Below, piece by piece: positions 1-9,177 of a DNA stretch of 64,000 nt (positions are counted from its first letter, which is position 1; every line of letters starts with the position of its first letter). Both the position numbers and the translations under genes were made by a program. Under the pieces are notes generated by a model. That model worked only from the letters and a program-made list of their open reading frames with translations, did no database searches and was not told where the DNA came from. Source of the stretch: Hydrogenophilales bacterium (GTDB lineage Bacteria > Pseudomonadota > Gammaproteobacteria > Burkholderiales > Thiobacteraceae); contig JACRIU010000102.1 of the NCBI GenBank assembly GCA_016235775.1, positions 32,721-96,720 of the forward strand, in the 5' to 3' direction.

Positions 1-258
1 CTCCAGCAAGCGCAGGTAGTCCGCGAACGTGCGCAAACCGCTTGCGCGCAGCCGGCGCGCCACCCGGCTATACACCATGTCACGCTTGATCGGCGAGAGC
101 GAAATGCCGGCGCGCTCGTAAATCAATTTGCGAATATGCTCGAAGTCCTGGTCGGTAAACAGAAACTCGCGCTCGTCACCCGGTACGCCCGAGGCGGAAA
201 CCACAGCTTCCTGCGGGGGTTTGGATAGGACTGACGATCTTGCGTTTGGCTTAAGCAT
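1..258 (-). CDS. cheR: Chemotaxis methyltransferase CheR, N-terminal part (runs off window start)
   Basis: Manual translation from ATG at 258: MLKPNAR...[58 protein letters not shown], a typical CheR N-terminus; overlaps the cheW stop. Confidence 0.9.
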   Translation of the reverse strand, partial: MLKPNARSSVLSKPPQEAVVSASGVPGDEREFLFTDQDFEHIRKLIYERAGISLSPIKRDMVYSRVARRLRASGLRTFADYLRLLE

Positions 259-736
259 CAATCAACTCCAAATCCGGGCTCATCAATAGCGCTTCAATAT
301 CAATCAGGATAATCATCCGATCCTCCTTGGCGCCGAGCCCCTGAATGAATTGCGTATCCAGGGTAGAAGCCAGCTCCGGCGGCGGCTTGATTTGGGCTGC
401 ACCGAGAATCGTGACATCCGATACCCCATCGACCACGATGCCGATCACGCGGCCCGCCACATTCAGAATAATCACCACCGTAAACAGATTGTATTCAGCC
501 GCGCCGAGATTGAATTTGATGCGCAAATCCACGATCGGCACGATCACCCCGCGCAGGTTGATCACGCCCTTGATGAATTCCGGCGTGTTCGCGATATGCG
601 TCACCGCGTCATAGCCGCGGATTTCCTGCACCTTGAGGATGTCGATGCCGTATTCTTCCGCGCCGAGCGTGAAGGTTAAAAATTCACGGCCAGCGGCGTT
701 ATCTGCTTGATCTGATGAAGGCGTGGCTTCGCTCAT
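251..736 (-). CDS. cheW: Chemotaxis coupling protein CheW
   Basis: [25 protein letters not shown]...[16 protein letters not shown] signature. Confidence 0.97.
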   Translation of the reverse strand: MSEATPSSDQADNAAGREFLTFTLGAEEYGIDILKVQEIRGYDAVTHIANTPEFIKGVINLRGVIVPIVDLRIKFNLGAAEYNLFTVVIILNVAGRVIGIVVDGVSDVTILGAAQIKPPPELASTLDTQFIQGLGAKEDRMIILIDIEALLMSPDLELIDA

Positions 737-748
737 GAAAAGGCTTGA

Positions 749-2848
749 TCAGCTTAAATTGCGCGACATGCGCACCAACGCCACCATATCCAGGATCAGC
801 GCCACCTTGCCGTCGCCCATGATGGTGGCGGCGGAAATGCCCCGTACCTTGCGGAAATTCGTTTCCAAGCTCTTGATTACCACCTGGTGCTGGCCCACCA
901 ACTCATCCACCAGCAGCGCGGCCTTGGCGCCATCCGATTCGATGATGACCAGAATGCCCTTGCTCGGATCGCGCGTCTTGGGGCGAATATTGAATAAGCC
1001 ATGCAGCGCCACCAGCGGCAGATATTCGCCGCGCACGTTCACCACGCGTCCGTCGCTCGCCACGGTTTTGACATCGTGCTCCGCCGGTTGCAGCGACTCG
1101 ATGATGTAATTGAGCGGAATGATGAAAATTTCATCACCCACCGCGACCGACATCCCGTCCAGAATCGCCAGCGTCAGCGGCAGGCGAATCGTCACCCTGG
1201 TGCCGGTTCCCGTTTTGGAATCCAGCTCGACCCGGCCGCCCATGCCCTCGATATTCCGCTTCACCACATCCATGCCCACCCCGCGCCCCGAAACATCGGT
1301 CACCACTTCGGCGGTGGAGAAGCCGGGCGCGAAAATCAACAGCCATACTTCCTGATCGGTGATGCTATCGCTGACGGGAATGCCTTTCTCTTTCGCCTTG
1401 GCCAGGATGCGCTCGCGGCTCAAGCCGCCGCCATCGTCGGAAACCTCGATCACGATATTGCCGCCTTGATGCGAAGCGCGCAGCGTCAGCGTGCCTTTTG
1501 GATTCTTGCCCGCCGCGATGCGCTTTTCGGGCGTTTCGATGCCATGGTCGAGGCTATTGCGCACCAAGTGGGTGAGGGGGTCGGCGATCTTCTCGATCAA
1601 GCCCTTGTCCAGTTCCGTTCCTTCGCCAATCGTGCGCAACTCGACCTGCTTGCCGAGCTTAGTGGCCACGTCGCGCACCACGCGCGGAAAGCGGCTGAAC
1701 ACGAAACTGATCGGCATCATGCGAATCGACATCACCGACTCTTGCAGATCGCGGGTATTGCGCTCCAGTTGAGAGACGCTATTCAACAGCACCTCATACA
1801 ACGCCGGATCAACATTGGCGGTGGTCTGCGCCAGCATGGCCTGGGTAATCACCAACTCGCCAACCAGGTTGATGAGTTGATCCACTTTTTCCACGCTGAC
1901 GCGGATCGAAGCGCCTTCCGCATTGGCGGTTGCGGGCGTCACCGTTTTGGCGGGCGCGGCGGCCAGGGGCTTGCTTGGCGCGGCTGCCGCCACTTGCTTG
2001 ATTTGCTCCATCCCCGGCGCATCGTCGAACAAGCCGAAACCCTCATCGGCTTCTTGTTGCGATTTTAATTCTGCGGGTGAAACGAATAATCCGAAACCGT
2101 CGCCTTCCTCCGCCACCGGCGGCGCTTCCGGCGCGCCGGGGTTGCCTTCGAAGAAGCCGAATGCCTCGCGCGCGAATTCGGCAGGGTCGATTTCGCCTGT
2201 CGCCAGCACGACTTGCTTGAGGCTCACCACGTATTGAATCATTTCCAACAGATCGCTCTCGGACAGAGCCGTGTCGAGCATGATCGACAAATTTTCATTG
2301 CCCGATTCTTCTTGAACTTTCAGATCGCCGTTCCCGGCGAGCTCCCGCAGCAGATTTTCCAGCTTGGCTTTCGCCACGCGCTTGAAAGCGAGGTGAAAGC
2401 GAGATCTGCCTTGCTTAGGCGTCACGTTGGGCGGGGGGGCAGCCACCGGCGCGGCGTCTTCGCCGGCCATTTTGGCGAGCACTGCGCAAACATGTTCTAC
2501 CGTCGCCTCATCCACGCCCGCGCCGCCGCTCCGATGCGCATCAAGCTGGCCTTTCAACACATCGCCGGCTTCCAGAAATACATCGATCATTTCCTGGCGC
2601 AACGCGAGCTCGCCCTTGCGAATCTTATCCAGAAGATTTTCGAGAATATGCGTCACCCCGGTCATATCGGTGAAGCCGAAGGTGCCGCTGCCGCCCTTGA
2701 TCGAATGCGCGGCGCGAAAAACCGCGTTCAATTCGTCGGGGTCGGGCGCATGGATATCGAGCTTGAGCAGCAGGCTTTCCATCGAGGCCAAATGCTCCGC
2801 GGCTTCCTCGAAGAACACCTCATAAAACTGACTCATATCGACCGTCAT
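749..2848 (-). CDS. cheA: Chemotaxis histidine kinase CheA
   Basis: Hpt FRAAHSIKG, dimerisation SIRVSVEKVDQLINLVGELVI, HATPase SGRGVGMDVV, C-terminal CheW domain. Confidence 0.98.
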   Translation of the reverse strand: MTVDMSQFYEVFFEEAAEHLASMESLLLKLDIHAPDPDELNAVFRAAHSIKGGSGTFGFTDMTGVTHILENLLDKIRKGELALRQEMIDVFLEAGDVLKGQLDAHRSGGAGVDEATVEHVCAVLAKMAGEDAAPVAAPPPNVTPKQGRSRFHLAFKRVAKAKLENLLRELAGNGDLKVQEESGNENLSIMLDTALSESDLLEMIQYVVSLKQVVLATGEIDPAEFAREAFGFFEGNPGAPEAPPVAEEGDGFGLFVSPAELKSQQEADEGFGLFDDAPGMEQIKQVAAAAPSKPLAAAPAKTVTPATANAEGASIRVSVEKVDQLINLVGELVITQAMLAQTTANVDPALYEVLLNSVSQLERNTRDLQESVMSIRMMPISFVFSRFPRVVRDVATKLGKQVELRTIGEGTELDKGLIEKIADPLTHLVRNSLDHGIETPEKRIAAGKNPKGTLTLRASHQGGNIVIEVSDDGGGLSRERILAKAKEKGIPVSDSITDQEVWLLIFAPGFSTAEVVTDVSGRGVGMDVVKRNIEGMGGRVELDSKTGTGTRVTIRLPLTLAILDGMSVAVGDEIFIIPLNYIIESLQPAEHDVKTVASDGRVVNVRGEYLPLVALHGLFNIRPKTRDPSKGILVIIESDGAKAALLVDELVGQHQVVIKSLETNFRKVRGISAATIMGDGKVALILDMVALVRMSRNLS

Positions 2849-2901
2849 GGCGAGCCTATTGAATAATCATGTTTAGCGATGGAGGAAAATAGCGGCGGCG
2901 T

Positions 2902-3267
2902 TCAGCCGATGACTTTCTTCACCACATCCATCAATTTTTGCGGGTCGAACGGCTTCACCAGCCAGCCGGTTGCCCCGGCCGCTTTGCCTTGGGTTTTCAT
3001 CGCATCGCCGGCCTCGGTGGTCAGCACCAGAATCGGCGTGCTCTTGTATTGCGGTATGGCGCGCAGCGATTTGATCAGCGTAATGCCATCCATCTTCGGC
3101 ATGTTTTGATCGGTGAGCACCAGATTGAAGGGCTTGGATTTCGCCTTGTTCAGGCCATCCTCGCCGTCCACCGCTTCCACTACCTCGTAGCCCGCACCCT
3201 TGAGGGTAAACGCCACCATTTGCCGGATGGACGCGGAATCGTCCACCGCTAAAATTGTCTTTGCCAT
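2902..3267 (-). CDS. cheY: Chemotaxis response regulator CheY
   Basis: Stand-alone receiver (AVDDS, TDQNMP, KPF) directly upstream of cheA. Confidence 0.93.
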   Translation of the reverse strand: MAKTILAVDDSASIRQMVAFTLKGAGYEVVEAVDGEDGLNKAKSKPFNLVLTDQNMPKMDGITLIKSLRAIPQYKSTPILVLTTEAGDAMKTQGKAAGATGWLVKPFDPQKLMDVVKKVIG

Positions 3268-3294
3268 CTGATTTCCTTTTTCTATACCGGCTGG

Positions 3295-4566
3295 TTAGAA
3301 CAGATCGACGTCTCCCGACGCCATCTTTCCCTGGGAGACCGGCCCTGCACCGGTAGGCCCGAGCGCGCTGGCTTGCGCCAGCGCCGTTTGGTTCTGTTGG
3401 AGATATCGGCTCAAATCCGGCAAGGCTTGAATCGTCACTGCCGCACTGCGTACCCCTTCCATTTCCCGGAGCGTATGCGACATGGCTGAGATGCGGTCGT
3501 TTACCCGCGCGATCAACTGCGAGGCCAGATCCTGAAATTGGAGCGAGGTCACCGTCACGCGCACTTCACCTTCCACTTCCTTGGCGATGCAGGTGATTTG
3601 ATCCACCGCGCCGGTCATCATGTGGTTCATGTCCTGCACGCGCTCCAGCATGCCTACTACGCGCTGCTTCGAGTTGAGCGCAAATTGCATGTCCTTAGAA
3701 GCCATGCCGTTGATCGCATGCTCGGCTGCTTGCACCGAGCCATGCACGCCGCTCATGTAACCGCGTATCTGCTCGGAGAATTGCCCGGAGCGCATCGACA
3801 AGTTGCGCACCTCGTCCGCCACCACCGCGAAGCCGCGGCCGGACTCACCCGCGCGCGCCGCCTCGATCGCCGCATTCAACGCCAGCAAATTGGTTTGTTT
3901 TGAAATCGAATCGATCTCGCCCAGCACGCACAGAATGGTTTTCACGCGCGCGATGATGTCATCCATCATCCCCACCAGTTCCATCCCCACCCGGCTGGTG
4001 TCCACGGTGGTATCGACAAATACCGAGAGTGTGTTGGAAATTTCCTGCACGAAGGATTCGAAGCTGACCGGCTGCGTGTCGCTCGCCTCTGTTTCGCCCC
4101 GGTTGTGGTCGGCCAGATTAAGCGCCAGGCTCTGCTGCTGGCGGGTATGGCTTTCCAGGCTGGTGAAGCTCGACACCAGTTTCCCCACCGCATCGCTCAA
4201 GAGTTCGCGCACCTGCTCCAATTCCTGGCCGGCTTGCATGTACTGCGTGCTGAAATTCTCGGTCAGGCGGCTCAATAGATGATCGAGTTCCTGCCGCACC
4301 TCGTCCACCTCCGTGACGGCGTGTGCGGCCACGTTCGCGTTCCGCGCTTGTGCGCGGCCGATCAGCGCCAGGCTGGTTGCCGCCAGGGCGGCGAAGGCCA
4401 TGCCGAATACCGCCCAAGCGCCCGCGCCCGCATGCAGCGAGGCCCCCAAGAGCCAAGCCAGCCCGGCCGCCAGCCCGCCGGCGAACGCGCCGCCGGCCAG
4501 CAGAATCAGCGCGGGCTTGACGCGGGGTGAAGATTGGCGCGTGCTTTCCAAATCGTTTTTATTCAT
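3295..4566 (-). CDS. Methyl-accepting chemotaxis protein with N-terminal TM hairpin
   Basis: [31 protein letters not shown] hairpin-tip motif; start set at ATG 4566 (MNKNDL). Confidence 0.93.
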   Translation of the reverse strand: MNKNDLESTRQSSPRVKPALILLAGGAFAGGLAAGLAWLLGASLHAGAGAWAVFGMAFAALAATSLALIGRAQARNANVAAHAVTEVDEVRQELDHLLSRLTENFSTQYMQAGQELEQVRELLSDAVGKLVSSFTSLESHTRQQQSLALNLADHNRGETEASDTQPVSFESFVQEISNTLSVFVDTTVDTSRVGMELVGMMDDIIARVKTILCVLGEIDSISKQTNLLALNAAIEAARAGESGRGFAVVADEVRNLSMRSGQFSEQIRGYMSGVHGSVQAAEHAINGMASKDMQFALNSKQRVVGMLERVQDMNHMMTGAVDQITCIAKEVEGEVRVTVTSLQFQDLASQLIARVNDRISAMSHTLREMEGVRSAAVTIQALPDLSRYLQQNQTALAQASALGPTGAGPVSQGKMASGDVDLF

Positions 4567-4640
4567 TGTGATGGCTCTGTCCCGATCAAAAATGGCCGCG
4601 CGCCATGAATTATGTTTGCATGGTCGTGTAAGCAAATGTT

Positions 4641-4668
4641 CTAACGGCATAAATCCGGGCAAACATTA
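4641..4668 (-). promoter_or_regulatory. Possible sigma-28 (FliA) promoter for the MCP-che operon
   Basis: Minus strand TAATGTTT-N12-GCCGTTAG versus consensus TAAAGTTT-N11-GCCGATAA; spacer is one base long. Confidence 0.4.
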
Positions 4669-4806
4669 GCCCGGACTGGCATTGCTAAGCATATGAAATA
4701 GGGTGAGAAATCAGACTTGGGGACAAGGCGGGGAATGCCTGCGCCCGTCATCCGGCGCAAATAAGTCTTGAACCATTTGTAGATAGCGGATGCGGCGCAC
4801 CCTGCA

Positions 4807-5880
4807 TCAGGGCTCGGCGAAGCGGGTGCGGATGGCGAGCACCTGGGGCAGCAATTGCATGAAATGCCCGACCAATACCGGGTCGAAATGCTTGCCGCTT
4901 TGCTCGTGGATATGTTCCAGCGCCGCTTCGACGGTCCAGGCGCGCTTGTACGGCCGTTCCGAGGTGAGCGCGTCGAATACGTCGGAGAGCGCCACAATAC
5001 GGCCGGAGAGCGGGATCGCATCGCCTATCAAGCCGTTCGGATAACCCGAGCCATCCCATTTTTCATGATGGCTGAGGACGATCTCGCGCGCCAGGGTGAG
5101 CAAGGCCGAGTCGTCGCCTTCCAGAATATGCGCGCCGATGGCGACATGCGATTTCATGATCTCCCATTCCTCGGGATCGAGCTTGCCGGGCTTGAGCAAA
5201 ACCTGATCAGGGATGCCGATTTTGCCCACGTCGTGCATCGGGCTTGCATGCAGCAGCAGCTCGCAGCGGTCGTCGTCCCAGCCGAGCGCACGCGCCAACA
5301 GCACCGAGGTGTGGCTCATGCGCAGGATATGGAAGCCGGTTTCGTTGTCGCGAAATTCCGCCGCGCGGCCCAGGCGGCGCACGATCTGCAAGCGCGTGGC
5401 GCGCAATGCGCGCGTGCGTTCGCGCACCATCTGCTCCAGCACATCATTCTGGTCGCGCATGTACTTTTGGAACAGTTGCGCCTCGATCAGGTTGCGCACC
5501 CGCGCCAGCATCTCTGCGCGGTCGAAAGGCTTGGTCAGATAATCGCGCGCGCCGTTTTCCAGCGCGCGCAGCCGATGCTCATGCCCTTGCTGCGCGGTCA
5601 GCACCAGCACCGGCGGCAGCGCCTTGCCGGATTTTTCCTTGAGCAGATCCAGCACGGCAAAGCCGTCCAAATGCGGCATATTCAGATCGAGCAGAATAAT
5701 GTCGGGCACGCCGCGTTCGTAGGCCGGCATCACTTCGCGCGGGTCTTCGATCAGCGTCAGATTCTCATAACCCTGACGATTCAGCATTTTTTCCAGCAGC
5801 TTCAGGTTGGCGGGCTCATCGTCCACGATGAGGATGCGGGCGCTGGTATGGTCCACGATGGGCGTCGATATTTTTTGCAT
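4807..5880 (-). CDS. Response regulator with HD-GYP c-di-GMP phosphodiesterase domain (RpfG-like)
   Basis: Receiver domain plus MHDVGKIG, HHEKWDGSGYP, DVFDALTSERPYK; start 5880 or 5907. Confidence 0.93.
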   Translation of the reverse strand: MQKISTPIVDHTSARILIVDDEPANLKLLEKMLNRQGYENLTLIEDPREVMPAYERGVPDIILLDLNMPHLDGFAVLDLLKEKSGKALPPVLVLTAQQGHEHRLRALENGARDYLTKPFDRAEMLARVRNLIEAQLFQKYMRDQNDVLEQMVRERTRALRATRLQIVRRLGRAAEFRDNETGFHILRMSHTSVLLARALGWDDDRCELLLHASPMHDVGKIGIPDQVLLKPGKLDPEEWEIMKSHVAIGAHILEGDDSALLTLAREIVLSHHEKWDGSGYPNGLIGDAIPLSGRIVALSDVFDALTSERPYKRAWTVEAALEHIHEQSGKHFDPVLVGHFMQLLPQVLAIRTRFAEP

Positions 5881-5989
5881 GAGTTTATCTTTGAAAGCGA
5901 TTGGCAATGATTATCGGCAAGAATGCATGAAAATTGAGCGCAATAATCCTTTTCCCATTTCTTTCCCCCGGAGTACACGGAGAGATAGG

Positions 5990-6049
5990 GTAGGGGCCGG
6001 GCATGCCCGGCCCGCCATTGACGCCGGGCGAGGCATGCCTCGCCCCTAC
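5990..6049. repeat. GTAG-type REP doublet (REPIN-like)
   Basis: GTAGGGGCCGGGCATGCCCGGCCC...GGGCGAGGCATGCCTCGCCCCTAC; related copies at 15574, 24045, 50352. Confidence 0.85.
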
Positions 6050-6085
6050 AGGAATTCGCTGATGGGATGATTCGGCGTGTACGGG

Positions 6086-8428
6086 TCATCCGGTTCGGGC
6101 GCGACCCTCCTGGGAGGCCGGATACGATAACAAGCGGTCTATCGCGGCCAGGAACCGCGGCACGTCGATCGGTTTAGTCAGGTAGCCGCTGAATCCGGCG
6201 GCCAGGCCTTTCTCCACATCCTTCGGCATGGCGTTGGCGGTGAGGGCGATCACCGGAATATTGCGTGTGGCCGGGTCATTCCGCAAATGGCGCAGCGCCT
6301 CGAATCCATCCATGCCGGGCAGGTTGATATCGAGCAGGATGAGATCGGGTTGACGTGCCCTGGCGATATCCAATCCTTTCTCGGCGGTGGGGGCGCCGAG
6401 CAGAGACAGGCCGGGTCGCGCGGCGAGGAGTTTTTCCACCAAGCGCAGGTTGGCGGGATTGTCTTCGACGTAGAGCAGGGTGCGCGCGCCGGCGCAAACG
6501 GTCTGAGCGGCTTTGGCTTCAGTGGCGGCCGCCGGCGCGAAAACCTCCGCCGCCAGCGGGAATTCGACCCAGAACGTGCTGCCTTCTCCGGCCACGCTTT
6601 CCACGCCGATCGCGCCGCCCATACTCTCCGCCAGCTTCTTGCACAGGGCGAGCCCGATGCCGGCGCCCTCGATGCCGTCGTTAGACGACTCCACGCGCTC
6701 GAAAGGTATGAACAGGCGCGGCAGCGCATCGGCGGAAATGCCGCGCCCGTTGTCGCGCACCGTGACCCGGCCCCATCCCTCCGGCGCCGAGTGGCAGACA
6801 ATCTCGACGCTGCCGCTCGCATGATTGTATTTGATGGCGTTGGACAGCAAATTGAGCAGAATCTGGCGCAGCCGCAGCCGGTCGGCCCGGACGGCGCAGT
6901 TGCCGGTCTGGCTGCTCAGATGGATGTCGCGCTGCGCCGCCAGGGGCTGCATCAAGGTCATGCACTCCTTGACCAGTTGCGTGACGGACACGGGCTCCGG
7001 CGCCAGCTCAACCCGCCCGCTCTCGATGCGGGCCAGATCCAGCACTTCGTTGATGAGTTCCAGCAGGTGCCGGCCGGCGTGCAGGATCTCGTGCACATTT
7101 TCATGCTGGTCCGGCGAGAGCGGCGTTTGCGCATCCGATTCGAGCAATTGCGCAAAACCCAGAATCGCATTCATCGGCGTGCGCAGTTCATGGCTCATGC
7201 GCGAAAGGAATTCGGACTTGGCCAGATTCGCCCGCTCGGCCTCGTCCTTGGCGCGGGTCAGATCGGCCGTGCGTTGCCCCACCCGGCCTTCGAGTTGCGC
7301 ATTGAATTGTTTGAGCGTTTCTTCCGCTTGCTTGCGCGCGCTGATGTCGGTGGAAATCCCGGCGCTGGCGTAGATTTTCCCCTCGGCATCGACCAAGGGG
7401 AATTTGATCGAGAGGTAGGTGCGCGGGCCATCCGGATGCAATACCAGCGCTTCGGATTCGATGATCATTTTCTGCTTGATCACTTCGAGGTCGTTGGCCC
7501 GAAATGCATCGGCCTCTTCCTTGGGAAAGATATCGTGGTCGCGCCGGCCTTTGATCTCGGCATCGGTGATGTTGAACAGGCGCTCGAACACCCGGTTGAT
7601 CAGCAGATAGCGTCCCGCCGCGTCCTTGACGTAAATCACCGCGCTGCTGTTGTTGATGATGCTCGCCAGCAGGGCTTCGCTCTCGCGCAGGCGCCCGTTG
7701 GCCTCGTTCATCTCCCGGTAGGCGCTGCGCAGATTCCGGCGCATGGCGTTGATGGCCTGCGTCAGATGATCCAGCGCATCCGGCCGCCAGCGCCCCGTTT
7801 CAGGCCGGTCAAGCTTCAAATCCTCGCCTTCCAGCCCTTGCACGCGGAGCGAGCGCGCATAGGCGGATAACTTGGCCAAGTGGCGGGTAATCAAAAGCTG
7901 CAACACCAACAGCATGAAAGCCGCCACCAGCAATGTCTTGATGCCGTTTTCGACCAGCACGACCAGCAACTGATCAAACAAGCGCGTCCAGACTTTGTCG
8001 AGGCTGGCGATCACGCGCACCTCACCGATGGGCACATGCCGGCCGCGATACGGATGCGTCAGCCGCATCTCGTCTGTCAGCCGGCGGGACGACGTCTGGG
8101 CGCCGGCGGACCAACGCAACTGTCCATCGACATAGATGCCGATGAATTCGATATCGCGCAGCCGCAGCAATCCTTCAAGCTGGGTCTTGATCTGCGTGTT
8201 GTCAACCACCCAGATGCTGTTGACCAGGGTCGGGGCGGCGCTTTCTTGAATGAAGCGGAAGCTGTCGTTTATTTTCCGCACATCCGAGCGGTATGTGTCA
8301 TGGAGCTGGATCGCGGTAATGACGGCGGTGAGCACCGAGCTAAATAGCACGAGCGCGACGATCAGCCGCCGTGCAAGCCCGTTGTCGTTGAAAAAAGCCT
8401 GCCGCAACAAATCTCGATAGCGGGTCAT
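6086..8428 (-). CDS. Hybrid sensor histidine kinase (periplasmic sensor, HAMP-like, PAS, HisKA, HATPase, REC)
   Basis: FLSRMSHELRTPMN H-box, NLLSNAIKY, GAGIGL, C-terminal receiver; start ATG 8428 overlaps the upstream TGA (ATGA). Confidence 0.93.
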   Translation of the reverse strand: MTRYRDLLRQAFFNDNGLARRLIVALVLFSSVLTAVITAIQLHDTYRSDVRKINDSFRFIQESAAPTLVNSIWVVDNTQIKTQLEGLLRLRDIEFIGIYVDGQLRWSAGAQTSSRRLTDEMRLTHPYRGRHVPIGEVRVIASLDKVWTRLFDQLLVVLVENGIKTLLVAAFMLLVLQLLITRHLAKLSAYARSLRVQGLEGEDLKLDRPETGRWRPDALDHLTQAINAMRRNLRSAYREMNEANGRLRESEALLASIINNSSAVIYVKDAAGRYLLINRVFERLFNITDAEIKGRRDHDIFPKEEADAFRANDLEVIKQKMIIESEALVLHPDGPRTYLSIKFPLVDAEGKIYASAGISTDISARKQAEETLKQFNAQLEGRVGQRTADLTRAKDEAERANLAKSEFLSRMSHELRTPMNAILGFAQLLESDAQTPLSPDQHENVHEILHAGRHLLELINEVLDLARIESGRVELAPEPVSVTQLVKECMTLMQPLAAQRDIHLSSQTGNCAVRADRLRLRQILLNLLSNAIKYNHASGSVEIVCHSAPEGWGRVTVRDNGRGISADALPRLFIPFERVESSNDGIEGAGIGLALCKKLAESMGGAIGVESVAGEGSTFWVEFPLAAEVFAPAAATEAKAAQTVCAGARTLLYVEDNPANLRLVEKLLAARPGLSLLGAPTAEKGLDIARARQPDLILLDINLPGMDGFEALRHLRNDPATRNIPVIALTANAMPKDVEKGLAAGFSGYLTKPIDVPRFLAAIDRLLSYPASQEGRARTG

Positions 8429-9168
8429 GGCGCCTCCAGCGGACGCAGCATCTCGTCGGCAATGCGCTGATAGGTTCCGTCCGCCTTCATCTGCGCGAGC
8501 GCCTTGGCCACTTTGGGCGCCAGCGCCGCGTGCCGTTTGTTGAGATAAATGAACATCGCCGACCGGGTGAACGGGGGTTCGATGAGGTGGGCCTCTACGC
8601 CGGTGCGGCGCGCTTCCCACAAGCCTTGCCAGCGATCGGCCAACACCACTTCGGCCCGGCCGTGCTTGAGCAGCGCAAACATCTCCCTCAAGCTCGGTGC
8701 GATGGTCAGTTCCCGGAATTCTTTGACATTCTGTTCATAGATTTTCCAGCCGGCCGTATAGCTCACCCCATAGGGCTTCAGGCCGCCGAGCCCATCGATG
8801 CGCAGTTTTCGATCCAGCGTATAGCCGGCGAATTCGAAATCCATTATTTTTTCCGTAACGCGAATCAGGTCCGGGTATTCTTTTTCCACCGCGGGGGTGC
8901 GCAGCAAATCGCCATCGTCGAGGCCCGTATTGACATTGATGAGCGCCCGCTCTCCCGGCAGTACGCTCACCTCGATGTCGACCCCGATACGGCGAAACGC
9001 TTCCCGCGCCACCTGATCCGCAAACCCAGGGCGACCGGCGCTGGGCGCGATCGGCGGCAGCGCGACCGTCACCAAACGCAGGCGCTGCGCGTGCGCGGCG
9101 GCAGGCAGGCAGACGAGTGAAATAAGAAAAAGCACGACAAATTTCGGTATGGCCTTCGTCATTTCCAT
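8425..9168 (-). CDS. Periplasmic substrate-binding protein (family 3-like)
   Basis: Signal peptide ending AAAHA; C-terminal ALAQMKADGTYQRI motif. Confidence 0.82.
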   Translation of the reverse strand: MEMTKAIPKFVVLFLISLVCLPAAAHAQRLRLVTVALPPIAPSAGRPGFADQVAREAFRRIGVDIEVSVLPGERALINVNTGLDDGDLLRTPAVEKEYPDLIRVTEKIMDFEFAGYTLDRKLRIDGLGGLKPYGVSYTAGWKIYEQNVKEFRELTIAPSLREMFALLKHGRAEVVLADRWQGLWEARRTGVEAHLIEPPFTRSAMFIYLNKRHAALAPKVAKALAQMKADGTYQRIADEMLRPLEAP

Positions 9169-9177
9169 GCTCCTTCC